Assembly (NCBI GenBank): GCA_947085325.1
Contig: CAMTVY010000013.1
Coordinates: 14,679 to 78,678, forward strand
From: an uncultured Gammaproteobacteria bacterium
GTDB lineage: Bacteria; Pseudomonadota; Gammaproteobacteria; SURF-13
Reading direction: 5' to 3'
Length of the DNA stretch: 64,000 bases
Shown here: one piece after another, positions 55,324 to 64,000 of the stretch
How positions within the stretch are numbered: position 1 is the stretch's first letter
How the letters are laid out: every line of letters begins with the position of its first letter
Notes under the pieces: model-generated
The model's input: only the letters and a program-made list of their open reading frames with translations
Told to the model about the DNA's origin: nothing
Databases searched by the model: none
Position numbers and translations under genes: made by a program

Positions 55324-56373
55324 TTATACTCCGTTATCTGTCGGTAGCAGCAGGGTGAAGATGGTTTCGCCGGGGCGGCTGGTACATTCGATCAGCCCGC
55401 CATGCTGATTGATGAGCCCCTGCGCGATGGAGAGGCCGAGCCCTGAGCCTTCGGCCCGCCCGGTGACCATCGGGTAAAAAATGCTCTCGATCAGGTGCTC
55501 AGGAATGCCGGGCCCGTTGTCGATGATGTCGATACGCACCACCAGGCGGTGATGCTTCTGGCCGATGGTGGACTGGCGCTGAATACGCGTGCGCAGGCGG
55601 ATGGTGCCCTGTTCGCCGAGCATCTGTCCTGCATTGCGGACGATGTTGAGCAGCGCCTGTATCAGTTGCTCAGGGTCGGCATGCAGCTCGGGAATGCTCA
55701 CGTCATAATCGCGCCGTACGTGTACGCCGGCCGGCACCTCCGCCAGTACCAGGCTGCGCACCCGCTCCAGCACCTCATGGATGTTGGTGGTGCGCCGCTG
55801 GGGCAGGCCCTGGGGCCCGAGCATGCGCTTGAGCAGGTTTTGCAACCGGTCGGCTTCGCCGATGATGATGCGCGTATATTCCCGCAGACCTTCCGAGGGC
55901 AGTTCGCGCTCCAGCAACTGTGCCGCGCCGCGCAACCCGCCGAGCGGGTTATTGATTTCGTGCGCCAGCCCGCGCAACACAGCGCGATGGGCATGGTGTT
56001 GCGCCAGCAGATGTTCCTCGCGCGTGATACGCAGGTGCTGATCGACGCGGCTGAGCTCCAGCAGCAGCTCCTGCTCGCTGAGGGGTGTGGCAACGGCATC
56101 GAGCGTCGACAGCGTGCCGTCCGCGAGGCGTAACTGTAGCTCGCGCTCCGTGAACGGATGCAGTGTGGCGAGCGCGCGCTGCATGGAGCCGGTGAAGGTG
56201 GCGGCATCCGGCATGAGATCACGTGCCGCCATGCCACGCATCTGGCGGGCGCTGGTGGCGAACAGCATCTCGCCCGCCGGATTGGTGTAGCGCAGGCGCA
56301 GCGTACGGTCGAACAGCAATACCGCAGTACTGAGGTTCTCGATGATGCTTGAATAGAGCGCCGTACGTGTCAT
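55324..56373 (-). CDS. ntrB: nitrogen regulation sensor histidine kinase NtrB
   Basis: 349 aa: a PAS domain, the H box LAHEINNPLGG, and N/G boxes (NIVRNA, DNGPGI, GSGLGL). It lies directly upstream of ntrC. Confidence 0.92.
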   Translation of the reverse strand: MTRTALYSSIIENLSTAVLLFDRTLRLRYTNPAGEMLFATSARQMRGMAARDLMPDAATFTGSMQRALATLHPFTERELQLRLADGTLSTLDAVATPLSEQELLLELSRVDQHLRITREEHLLAQHHAHRAVLRGLAHEINNPLGGLRGAAQLLERELPSEGLREYTRIIIGEADRLQNLLKRMLGPQGLPQRRTTNIHEVLERVRSLVLAEVPAGVHVRRDYDVSIPELHADPEQLIQALLNIVRNAGQMLGEQGTIRLRTRIQRQSTIGQKHHRLVVRIDIIDNGPGIPEHLIESIFYPMVTGRAEGSGLGLSIAQGLINQHGGLIECTSRPGETIFTLLLPTDNGV

Positions 56374-56531
56374 ATGGATAGCAGCCGTTACCCCGTCAGT
56401 GCAAGAACTAAACCAGCACCGGAGTTGGACTTGTAATACCTATAATAAACAGTAGATTGAGCGCTACGACCGGATTGCGGCCAAGGCCTTGCAAGGTGAC
56501 AGGATAGACTAAAACAGGGCTTGTTGCACCA

Positions 56532-57158
56532 TTATGGTGCGTTTGGATAGGGATAGGCAGGTGAGTTGAAGTTGGGGGCCAGCAGTGGACTGTCCTTGAT
56601 GAACTGTGCCGAGTGCCGCTTCATGTGGAAGGTGATCGTGGGTGAAGTGATTAACTCATTCTGTTTGGCGTCCAGTACGATGGCTTGCAGTGTGTGCGTG
56701 CCGCGGTCGGCATTTTTTAATTGAAATGTGGGTGTGGTGTAGCGGTCTGGCAACGGCTTGCCATCAAGCAGAACCTTGATGCTGTGGCCCCACTGCGGAT
56801 CCCATTCAGGCACCGACGCGATCGTCACCTCTACGCTGCCGGTATTTTCCCGTATGGTGCCATCGTTTGCTGGCGTCACAATAGAAAGCGTGCTGTAGCC
56901 TTTGAATGCGGGCGCGGCATTTTGTGCCCCTCCCTGCGGCCCGCTGGCGGCAGGTGCGGTGGTGGAGGTGGTAGCGGGCGCCGGTAGCGGTGCCGCCGGG
57001 AATTTGGGCAACTCGACTTCGGTCGCGCCCGGCTGTGGCTGATCAGAGTAAGTTACCTTGCCATCGGGGCCGACCGACTTGTACACAGCGCCAGACACGA
57101 GCAGCGGCAAGGTCATGCCAACAAGAATCAGTACTAAACGTGGTGTATAGGTTTGCAT
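56532..57158 (-). CDS. DUF4124-domain periplasmic protein
   Basis: I trimmed the ORF to MQTYTPRLVLILVG. The DUF4124 signature is VYKSVGPDGKVTYSDQP. A Pro/Ala linker and a beta-rich C-terminal domain follow. Confidence 0.7.
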   Translation of the reverse strand: MQTYTPRLVLILVGMTLPLLVSGAVYKSVGPDGKVTYSDQPQPGATEVELPKFPAAPLPAPATTSTTAPAASGPQGGAQNAAPAFKGYSTLSIVTPANDGTIRENTGSVEVTIASVPEWDPQWGHSIKVLLDGKPLPDRYTTPTFQLKNADRGTHTLQAIVLDAKQNELITSPTITFHMKRHSAQFIKDSPLLAPNFNSPAYPYPNAP

Positions 57159-57257
57159 GGCTCTAGCATAGATCAGGTCGTAGCTGCGGGACAATGCCCG
57201 TGGTACGTATACGGGCAGGTAAAAACAAACCTGTGGAAAGATGGTAAATGCTGGGTG

Positions 57258-57686
57258 TCAGGCGTTCTGGGCGAAGCGATCCGGGGTCTCAAGTGTGGTG
57301 ATAGGATATCCGGTATCAGTCTGTGTATCGGCATGCTTGCACTGGCCATCGAAATAGGCCCCGGTTTCGACCCCCAGCGTGTTATGCCACACGATGTTGC
57401 CCCTGACTTTGGCGGTTTTGGCAAGCTGCACGATGTCGGAGTTTATCAAGCCCCGCACCTCGCCCTGGATGATGGCCTCTCGAGTGCGTATATCGCCCAT
57501 GACATGGGCATATTCCCCGACTGTCAGCTTGTCCGCGCTGATGTTGCCGTTCACGGTGCCGTCAATATGCATTTCGCCTTCGGTAGCGAGATCGCCTGTG
57601 ATGGTGAGATCCGCGCCCAAAATGGACGGGGCACTACTATGCTTGTGCTTGCTCAAGGGAACGGCCTTGCTAGTCTTGAAAAACAT
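57258..57686 (-). CDS. bactofilin (polymer-forming cytoskeletal protein)
   Basis: 142 aa. The beta-helical repeat pattern L.I.G.L...GE..I.G.V.G.I....L.V......G.I......I.G.V.G is typical of the bactofilin DUF583 domain. Confidence 0.85.
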   Translation of the reverse strand: MFFKTSKAVPLSKHKHSSAPSILGADLTITGDLATEGEMHIDGTVNGNISADKLTVGEYAHVMGDIRTREAIIQGEVRGLINSDIVQLAKTAKVRGNIVWHNTLGVETGAYFDGQCKHADTQTDTGYPITTLETPDRFAQNA

Positions 57687-58905
57687 ACTTGCCGGCCTTC
57701 AGAAACGAGGTCGGGTCCTGCTGCTCGCCCTCGAACATGATCTCGTAGTGCAGGTGGGGCCCGGTGCTGCGACCGGTCGAGCCTACCAGACCGATTTTCT
57801 GGTGTAGAGCAACCTTTTCACCGGGCTTGACCAGCAATTTGTTCATATGGCCGTGACGCGTGGTCAGGCCGAGGCCGTGATCAATTTCTACCATGTATCC
57901 ATAGGCACCATCGCGGTCAGCAAAGGTGATCTCTCCGGGCGCGGTGGAATAAACGGGCGTGTTACGCGGCGCGGAGAGATCAAGACCGCTGTGCATCGCC
58001 CACTTTCCGGTGAAGGGGTCGCGCCGCTTGCCGAAGCGGCTCGACAGGTAGCCGGTGTTGAGCGGGGCGGCGACCGGCAGACGCTCAAACAACCCTTCCA
58101 GCTTCGCCCACCGATTCATCTGGGCTTCGAGTTCTGCCACGCTGTCTTCAAACACATCGTGCATGTCGGTAAACAGGCTACTGGCCTTATTGTTGTCCGG
58201 ATTATTGTCCGGGTTGGCCTTAAGATAAGGCCCACCTACACCGGAGCCTTTCTTTTTACCCAGTACACCGAGATCCAGGCCGGTGAGCTTGATCGCCCTT
58301 TCCAGCCGGTCGGCGTTTGCCTTGGTGCGCTCCTGCAGCTGAGCCATCAGGCTGACCTGGGCATCCTTGATCTGGGTTGTCTGGTTAAGTGCGGCGGCGA
58401 GCTGTGTATGCAGCGTATCGACATCATTGCTCAGATTTTGCGCTTGGGCCCGGGCGCTATCGCGTTCGGCAGCGAGGCGGGCAATCAAGGCTTCCTTCGA
58501 GGAAAGTGCCTCACGGTAGGAAGCGACCATGTCCGAGTAGGGTAGTGCCTTGATCCAGGCTGCGCTCGCCAAAATGACCGCTATCAGTACCAGCAGACTC
58601 AGCGCCAACTGGAGATTGCGAGACACAGAGATATAGCGCACCCGCCCCTGACTGCGGTACAGGAGTTGTCGTTCCGGGAAGAGCCTGTTTACATGAAATG
58701 TAATAGTCTGTTGCAGGAGTTGCACAGCCCGCTCCTTGGCGGCTTTCAAGTTTGTTTTTTCAATCACGCGATTAAAGTACATCCCCCCCTTGATTGCAAG
58801 CCTTATGAGGGAGCTTTCTAGACCAGGTATAAACTTCTTGCCTAAACTGGCGACATTTTTGTCCGCAAACGTGCGTCCAGTCCGGTGCGTTCTATGCTGC
58901 GCCAA
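57670..58905 (-). CDS. M23-family metallopeptidase with an N-terminal TM segment and coiled coil
   Basis: The C-terminal LytM catalytic motifs are HSGLDLSAP and IDHGLGLTTRHGH..GSTGRSTGPHLHYE. It overlaps the bactofilin start by 17 nt. The start is uncertain (58905 or ATG 58782). Confidence 0.85.
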   Translation of the reverse strand: MAQHRTHRTGRTFADKNVASLGKKFIPGLESSLIRLAIKGGMYFNRVIEKTNLKAAKERAVQLLQQTITFHVNRLFPERQLLYRSQGRVRYISVSRNLQLALSLLVLIAVILASAAWIKALPYSDMVASYREALSSKEALIARLAAERDSARAQAQNLSNDVDTLHTQLAAALNQTTQIKDAQVSLMAQLQERTKANADRLERAIKLTGLDLGVLGKKKGSGVGGPYLKANPDNNPDNNKASSLFTDMHDVFEDSVAELEAQMNRWAKLEGLFERLPVAAPLNTGYLSSRFGKRRDPFTGKWAMHSGLDLSAPRNTPVYSTAPGEITFADRDGAYGYMVEIDHGLGLTTRHGHMNKLLVKPGEKVALHQKIGLVGSTGRSTGPHLHYEIMFEGEQQDPTSFLKAGKYVFQD

Positions 58906-58953
58906 GTCAAACGCCCCCGCAGGGGCATTTGATTTTTCTGTCGTGTCGTCCGA

Positions 58954-60360
58954 TCAGAGACTGTAGTACATATCGTACTCGACCGGATGCGTGGTCATGC
59001 GCAGACGCGTGACCTCCTGCATCTTGAGGCTGATGTAGGAGTCGAGCATGTCGTTGCTGAATACACCGCCTGCGGTGAGGAACTTGCGATCCTTGTCCAG
59101 GTGTTCGAGCGCCATGTCGAGTGAGTGGCACACCTTGGGGATTTTCTTTTCCTCTTCCGGCGGCAGGTCGTAGAGGTCTTTGTCCATCGCTTCGCCCGGA
59201 TGAATCTTGTTCTGGATGCCATCGAGGCCCGCCATCACCATCGCCGAGAAGGCGAGGTAGGGGTTGGCGCTCGGGTCGGGGAAGCGCACCTCGATACGGC
59301 GCCCCTTGGGGTTGGCGACGTACGGGATGCGGATCGAGGCGGAGCGGTTGCGCGCCGAGTAGGCGAGCATGACCGGGGCCTCGAAGCCGGGCACCAGGCG
59401 CTTGTAGCTGTTGGTGCCGGGGTTGCAGAAGGCGTTCAGTGCGCGCGCGTGCTTGATGATGCCGCCGATGTAATACAGCGCGAGGTCGGACAGGCCGCCG
59501 TACTTGTTGCCGGTGAACAGGTTCTTGCCGGCCTTGGCGAGCGACTGGTGGCAGTGCATGCCGGAGCCGTTGTCGCCCACCAGCGGTTTGGGCATGAAGG
59601 TTACCGTCTTGCCAAACTGATGGGCGACGTTCATCACCACATACTTAAGGATCAGGATTTCGTCGGCCTTGCGGGTGAGCGTGTTGAACTGGGTGGCGAT
59701 TTCGTTCTGGTTGGCCGTGGCCACTTCGTGGTGATGCGCTTCCACGATCAGCCCCATGTCCTCCAGCGCGAGCGACATCGCGGAGCGGATATCCTGTGAG
59801 GAGTCGACCGGGGGCACGGGAAAGTAGCCGCCCTTGACGCCGGGACGGTGGCCGATGTTGCCGCCTTCGAACACTTTTTCCGAATTCCATGCGGCTTCTT
59901 CGGAGTCTACCTTGACGAACGAGCCGCTCATGTCGGAGCCCCAGCGCACGTCGTCGAAAATGAAGAACTCGGGCTCGGGGCCGAAGTAGGCCGTGTCGGC
60001 GATACCTGTGGATTTCAGGTAGGTCTCGCAGCGCTGTGCCAGCGAGCGCGGGTCACGTTCATAGCCTTTCATCGTGGAGGGCTCGACAATGTTGCAGCGC
60101 AGCAGCAGCGTGGACTCGTCCATGAAGGGATCCATCACGGCGCTGTTCGGGTCAGGCATCAGAATCATGTCGGATTCGTTGATGTGCTTCCAGCCGGCGA
60201 TCGACGAGCCGTCAAACATCTTGCCGTCCTTGAACAGCGAGGCATCCACGGTATGTGCGGGGCAGGAGACGTGCTGCTCCTTGCCCTTGGTGTCACAAAA
60301 ACGGAAATCGACAAATTTGACGTTGTTGTCCTTGATCATCTTTAAAACTTTTGCAGACAT
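58954..60360 (-). CDS. glnA: glutamine synthetase type I
   Basis: I trimmed the ORF to [21 protein letters not shown] (ATG 60360 after GGGAGG). Motifs seen are [16 protein letters not shown], and NLYDLP-type adenylylation-loop sequence ([10 protein letters not shown]). Confidence 0.95.
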   Translation of the reverse strand: MSAKVLKMIKDNNVKFVDFRFCDTKGKEQHVSCPAHTVDASLFKDGKMFDGSSIAGWKHINESDMILMPDPNSAVMDPFMDESTLLLRCNIVEPSTMKGYERDPRSLAQRCETYLKSTGIADTAYFGPEPEFFIFDDVRWGSDMSGSFVKVDSEEAAWNSEKVFEGGNIGHRPGVKGGYFPVPPVDSSQDIRSAMSLALEDMGLIVEAHHHEVATANQNEIATQFNTLTRKADEILILKYVVMNVAHQFGKTVTFMPKPLVGDNGSGMHCHQSLAKAGKNLFTGNKYGGLSDLALYYIGGIIKHARALNAFCNPGTNSYKRLVPGFEAPVMLAYSARNRSASIRIPYVANPKGRRIEVRFPDPSANPYLAFSAMVMAGLDGIQNKIHPGEAMDKDLYDLPPEEEKKIPKVCHSLDMALEHLDKDRKFLTAGGVFSNDMLDSYISLKMQEVTRLRMTTHPVEYDMYYSL

Positions 60361-60432
60361 GATGCCTCCCAAGTGATATACGCAGCGCCGCACGGCCAAA
60401 ATCGGCGCAACCTGAACAATGACTCCCATTTT

Positions 60433-60448
60433 TGCATGAAATATGCCA
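60433..60448 (-). promoter_or_regulatory. sigma-54 (-24/-12) promoter of glnA
   Basis: The minus strand reads TGGCATATTTCATGCA, compared with consensus TGGCAC-N5-TTGCA. The GG and GC elements have the correct spacing. It lies about 75 nt upstream of the glnA ATG. Confidence 0.75.
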
Positions 60449-60490
60449 CGGGGGAAATCCCTTAATTTAACGGGAGTTTTTAAAAAGCAG

Positions 60491-60548
60491 GGCACCAAAA
60501 ATGCACCTTTACGGTGCGCTCACGGACGGGAAGCACCTTTTTGGTGCG
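60491..60548. promoter_or_regulatory. NtrC enhancer sites upstream of glnA
   Basis: TGCACCTTTACGGTGCG (60502-60518) and AGCACCTTTTTGGTGCG (60532-60548) both match TGCACC-N5-GGTGCA. An overlapping GGCACCAAAAATGCACC is also present. Confidence 0.75.
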
Positions 60549-60565
60549 AAGAGGCGGGAGGCTTG

Positions 60566-61141
60566 TTAGTGAATATTGAGTACGCCTGTATCGCGCCCGG
60601 GGAGCGCGCCCGGTGTGCGTTGGCATACCGATTCGTAGGCCAGACGGCTGCCGGTGTCGAGCCACAGATCGCAGGCAGGCAGCAGTTCCAGTGTTGCGTT
60701 GCCATTGCCCCGGCCTATGACCTGCAACACATCCATCAGCGGCACGAAGTCATGCGAGAGGTGGGCGTAAAGCGGTGCAGCGGAGTTGCGTAGCAGTGTG
60801 GAGAGCTGTTGATAGGCGACGCGGCCGAGATCGACGAAATAGCTGATCTTCACGCGCTTGCGTTCGGCCAGGCGCGGAAACAGCCCGGACAGCAGCAGGC
60901 ACTGGTCGCCGACATCTTTTAACTGTTCCTGTTGCAGGCGTCCTGTCTCGCGGACACTGTTCAGATACTCCAGCGCAAGCGTGGTGCCGGTCACTTCGGG
61001 CCGGTTGGCAAAGCGCATCAGCAGAAACACCAGATAGCTTTCCAGTTCCTCCGCCAGCGAGCAGTGCGCGGTAGCCTCGGCCTCGCTCACCAACTCATAC
61101 CACTGTGCAGCAGCAGTAGGGTGCATCACCAGGGTCGCCAT
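60566..61141 (-). CDS. conserved hypothetical protein
   Basis: 191-aa ORF with normal composition and codon bias for this genome. I recognise no motif. Confidence 0.5.
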   Translation of the reverse strand: MATLVMHPTAAAQWYELVSEAEATAHCSLAEELESYLVFLLMRFANRPEVTGTTLALEYLNSVRETGRLQQEQLKDVGDQCLLLSGLFPRLAERKRVKISYFVDLGRVAYQQLSTLLRNSAAPLYAHLSHDFVPLMDVLQVIGRGNGNATLELLPACDLWLDTGSRLAYESVCQRTPGALPGRDTGVLNIH

Positions 61142-61283
61142 GCGAGTTCTCCTGTGTCGTCACTGTTAATGAAAGCGGCACGTGGTGCCTGAAACTTGAG
61201 CGAGCAGGATTCATGCCGTGCGCCTGCACGTGCCGGAAGGGTGCGCTATCGGCTATACTGGGCGCTCTGAATCAGAGACCCTA

Positions 61284-62201
61284 ATGTCGAAAGAGTTCAC
61301 CGTGGAGTCAGACGCCCGACGCCCCCCCGCCACTTTCCAGGAGCTGATCCTTGCATTGCAGGCGTATTGGTCGGCGCAGGGGTGCGTGCTGCTGCAACCG
61401 TACGACCTTGAAGTCGGCGCCGGCACGTTTCACCCTGCCACATTTCTGCGCGCCATCGGCCCGGAGCCGTGGCAGGCCGCGTACGTGCAGCCCTCGCGCC
61501 GCCCCAAGGACGGCCGCTACGGCGAAAACCCCAACCGCCTGCAGCACTACTACCAGTATCAGGTGGTGCTGAAGCCCTCGCCCGACAACATTCAGGAGTT
61601 GTACCTCGACTCATTGCGCGCGCTTGGCCTCAACATGGGCGAGCACGACGTGCGCTTCGTCGAGGACGACTGGGAATCGCCGACGCTCGGCGCCTGGGGC
61701 CTGGGTTGGGAAGTGTGGCTTGACGGCATGGAAGTCACCCAGTTCACCTACTTTCAAGAGGTGGGCGGCCTCAAGTGCGCGCCGGTGCTGGGTGAAATCA
61801 CCTATGGGTTGGAACGCCTGGCCATGTACCTGCAAGGCGTGGAGAGCGTGTTCGATTTGAAATGGACGGACAGCGTGAGCTACGGCGACGTGTACCACCA
61901 GAACGAAGTCGAGCAATCCAAATACAATTTTGAGCACAGCAACGTCGAGTGGCTGTTCAGATTATTCGGCGAATTTGAATCCGAGGCCAAGCGTTTGATG
62001 GAAAACAAGCTCACGCTGCCTGCCTTCGAGATGGTGATGAAGTGCTCGCACACCTTCAACCTGCTCGACGCGCGCGGCGCGATCTCCGTCACCGAACGCG
62101 CTGCCTATATCGGCCGCGTGCGTAACCTGAGCCGCGCGGTGGCGCAGAGCTACTACGATTCGAGGGAGGCCTTGGGCTTCCCCATCCTGAATAAAAAGTA
62201 A
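61284..62201 (+). CDS. glyQ: glycine--tRNA ligase alpha subunit
   Basis: I trimmed the ORF to MSKEFTVE. Motifs seen are [40 protein letters not shown] and [12 protein letters not shown]. Confidence 0.95.
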   Translation: MSKEFTVESDARRPPATFQELILALQAYWSAQGCVLLQPYDLEVGAGTFHPATFLRAIGPEPWQAAYVQPSRRPKDGRYGENPNRLQHYYQYQVVLKPSPDNIQELYLDSLRALGLNMGEHDVRFVEDDWESPTLGAWGLGWEVWLDGMEVTQFTYFQEVGGLKCAPVLGEITYGLERLAMYLQGVESVFDLKWTDSVSYGDVYHQNEVEQSKYNFEHSNVEWLFRLFGEFESEAKRLMENKLTLPAFEMVMKCSHTFNLLDARGAISVTERAAYIGRVRNLSRAVAQSYYDSREALGFPILNKK

Positions 62202-62206
62202 AACCA

Positions 62207-64000
62207 TGCAAGACAGTCTACTCATCGAGCTTCTCACCGAAGAGCTGCCGCCCAAGTCGCTGCTCAAACTTTCTCAGGCCTTCTGCAAAGGAATATTTGA
62301 AGGCCTGAAGGAGCAGGGTTTCATTGCGGCGGATGCGGATTACGCCGGGCTCGTCAGCGAGTTCGCCACGCCACGCCGCCTCGGCGTGCTGGTTAAAGAC
62401 GTAGCCCACACACAATCGGAACGCATCATCGAGCGTAAAGGGCCGGCGCTCGCCAGCGCCTACGATCAAAACGAAAAGCCCACGCCCGCGCTCATCGGTT
62501 TCGCCAAATCCTGCGGCGTCGAAATCTCTGCGCTGCAAAAACAAAGTGATAAAAAAGGCGAGCACTTTGTATTCCGCGCCCGGCAACCCGGCGAGCCGCT
62601 GGAGCTGCACTTATCCGCCATCGTCGCGGGCGTCATCAAAAAACTCCCCATCGCCAAGCTGATGCGCTGGGGCGACAGCGATGTGCAGTTCGTGCGCCCG
62701 GTGCATGGATTGATGCTGCTGCATGGTAAAAAGATTGTGCCGGGAGAGGTGCTGGGGCTGCAAAGCAGCAACAAGACGCTCGGTCACCGCTTCTTAAGTA
62801 CAGGCGAGGTGGAGATAAAGAATTCCACAGACTACACGCGGCTCATGCTGGAGAAGGGCCAAGTAGTTGTTAGTCATGAGGTACGTTGTGGCTTGATATC
62901 TGATCAGCTTGATAGGGTTGCAAAGGACTTGGGTGATTCGGTTACCTGGACAGTAGGAGAAAATATCGCGTTGCTGGGCGAGGTGGCGAGCCTTGTCGAA
63001 TTCCCGGTGGTATACGCCGGTAGTTTCGATGTCGCGTATCTGGAGGTGCCAGAGGAATGTCTGGTTGTCAGTATGCAGCAGCATCAGCGTTATTTTCCCT
63101 TGAAAAAGGAAGGCAAGCTGCTGCCCCATTTTTTATTCGTCAGTAATAATGAGGCTGATGATTCAGCTCATATCATTCACGGTAATGAGCGTGTACTGCG
63201 TGCACGGTTGAGTGACGCAAAATTCTTTTTTGAACAGGATAAAAAAACCAAGCTCGAAGATCGGGTGCCGAAGCTCGCCAATGTGGTGTATCACAACAAG
63301 CTGGGTAGTCAGTTGCAGCGGGTGGAGCGCATTCAGAAGCTGGCCGTAGCCATCGCTGAGCGGTTCAAGGAAATAAATCGCGTGGCGGACATCCAGCAGG
63401 TTAAGCGCGCCGCGTATCTGTGCAAGGCCGATTTACTAACTGACATGGTAGGCGAGTTCCCGGAATTGCAGGGCGTGATGGGGTATTACTACGCGCTCCA
63501 TGATGGTGAGGAGCTGGGCGTGGCCAATGCGATGCGTGAGCACTATGAGCGCGTGCCACGCAAAGCTGGGGGTATTTGCGTGGGGCTGGGAGACAAGCTC
63601 GATACACTGGTCGGAATTTATGGCATCGGCCTCGTGCCCACCGGCGACAAGGATCCGTTCGCGCTGCGGCGCGCTGCGTTAAGCGTGCTGCGCACGCTGG
63701 TGGAAAACAAGTTGTCGCTTAATCTTATGCAATTGCTGGAAATCGCCGAGGCGCAGTTCCCGGCGGGTGTGATCGCCCAAGACGCCGTGTCCAAGCTATA
63801 CGAGTTCATGCTGGAGCGCTTGAAGCCCTATCTGCGTGAACAGGAGTTTGGCGCGGACGAAGTCGATGCCGTGCTGAGCCTCAAACTCACGCGCATGGAC
63901 TGGATTATTCCCCGCCTCACGGCGATACAGGCATTTCGCAAGCTGCCGGAGGCGGAGAGTCTGGCTGCGGCGAACAAGCGCATCCGCAATATTCTGAAAC
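62207..64000 (+). CDS. glyS: glycine--tRNA ligase beta subunit (N-terminal ~598 codons; continues past the right edge)
   Basis: Absent from the ORF track because no stop falls in the window. My translation from ATG 62207 reads MQDSLLIELLTEELPPK..MRWGDSDVQFVRPVHGL..GHRF..QRYFP..GNERVLRARLSDAKFFF..DKDPFALRRAA..ANKRIRNILK. It is colinear with E. coli GlyS as I recall it. Confidence 0.92.

Noticed and set aside
58906-58953. GCCCC-CGCA-GGGGC hairpin as the glnA terminator
   Set aside because: The T-rich tail (ATTTGATTTTT) follows the hairpin on the plus strand, not on the glnA (minus) strand. The stem is only 5 bp, which is insufficient to call a terminator.

Overview
High-GC gammaproteobacterial chromosomal segment. 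Gene order resembles Pseudomonas and enterobacteria. I support about 62 protein genes and one tRNA; there is no rRNA, CRISPR array, transposase or integrase. All family calls rest on motifs I recognise in the translations, since no database search was possible.

Core blocks, left to right:
- rhlE (partial) and coaD-rsmD
- an M16 peptidase pair
- ftsYEX-rpoH
- bioBFHCD
- comF
- trmB-thiG-DUF302-thiS
- tRNA-Gly(CCC)
- sixA, a porin, an EAL-CBS-GGDDF protein and an orphan phoB
- typA and a VIT1-type transporter
- xseB-ispA-dxs-queD
- cspA, then lptM-lysA
- hslVU, a DUF971 gene and ubiE-ubiJ-ubiB
- dgkA, a DJ-1 family gene, ctpA-envC-gpmI
- yibN-grxC-secB-gpsA
- trmL, a class-1 pyrD-like gene, purU
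- ntrCB, a DUF4124 gene, bactofilin plus an M23 peptidase, glnA
- glyQS (glyS runs off the right edge)

Observations most worth a second look:
1. **Accessory island (47.5-50.9 kb).** About 3.4 kb of lower-GC DNA sits between gpsA and trmL.
   - It starts with a 24-bp duplication of the gpsA 3' end.
   - It carries a decayed higB next to an intact higA.
   - It contains a 74-bp tandem duplication.
   - A pair of 32-bp inverted repeats brackets a tandem zinc-ribbon ORF.
2. **Structured intergenic repeat families.** At least three families exist.
   - Family A is G4-prone and carries a hairpin.
   - Family B is MITE-like, with a 16-bp TIR and a 6-bp putative target duplication.
   - Family C is REP-like.
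   - Between them they fill every gap from lysA to ubiJ.
3. **In-frame insert in dxs.** A core related to family C appears inside the essential dxs gene without breaking the frame.
4. **Mosaic glyS.** An internal patch of about 450 bp has roughly 48% G+C by hand count, inside an otherwise 62-68% gene.
5. **Unusual hairpins.** Two hairpins have arms built from tandem 7- or 8-nt units. A triple A5/T5 palindrome fills the phoB/typA convergent gap.
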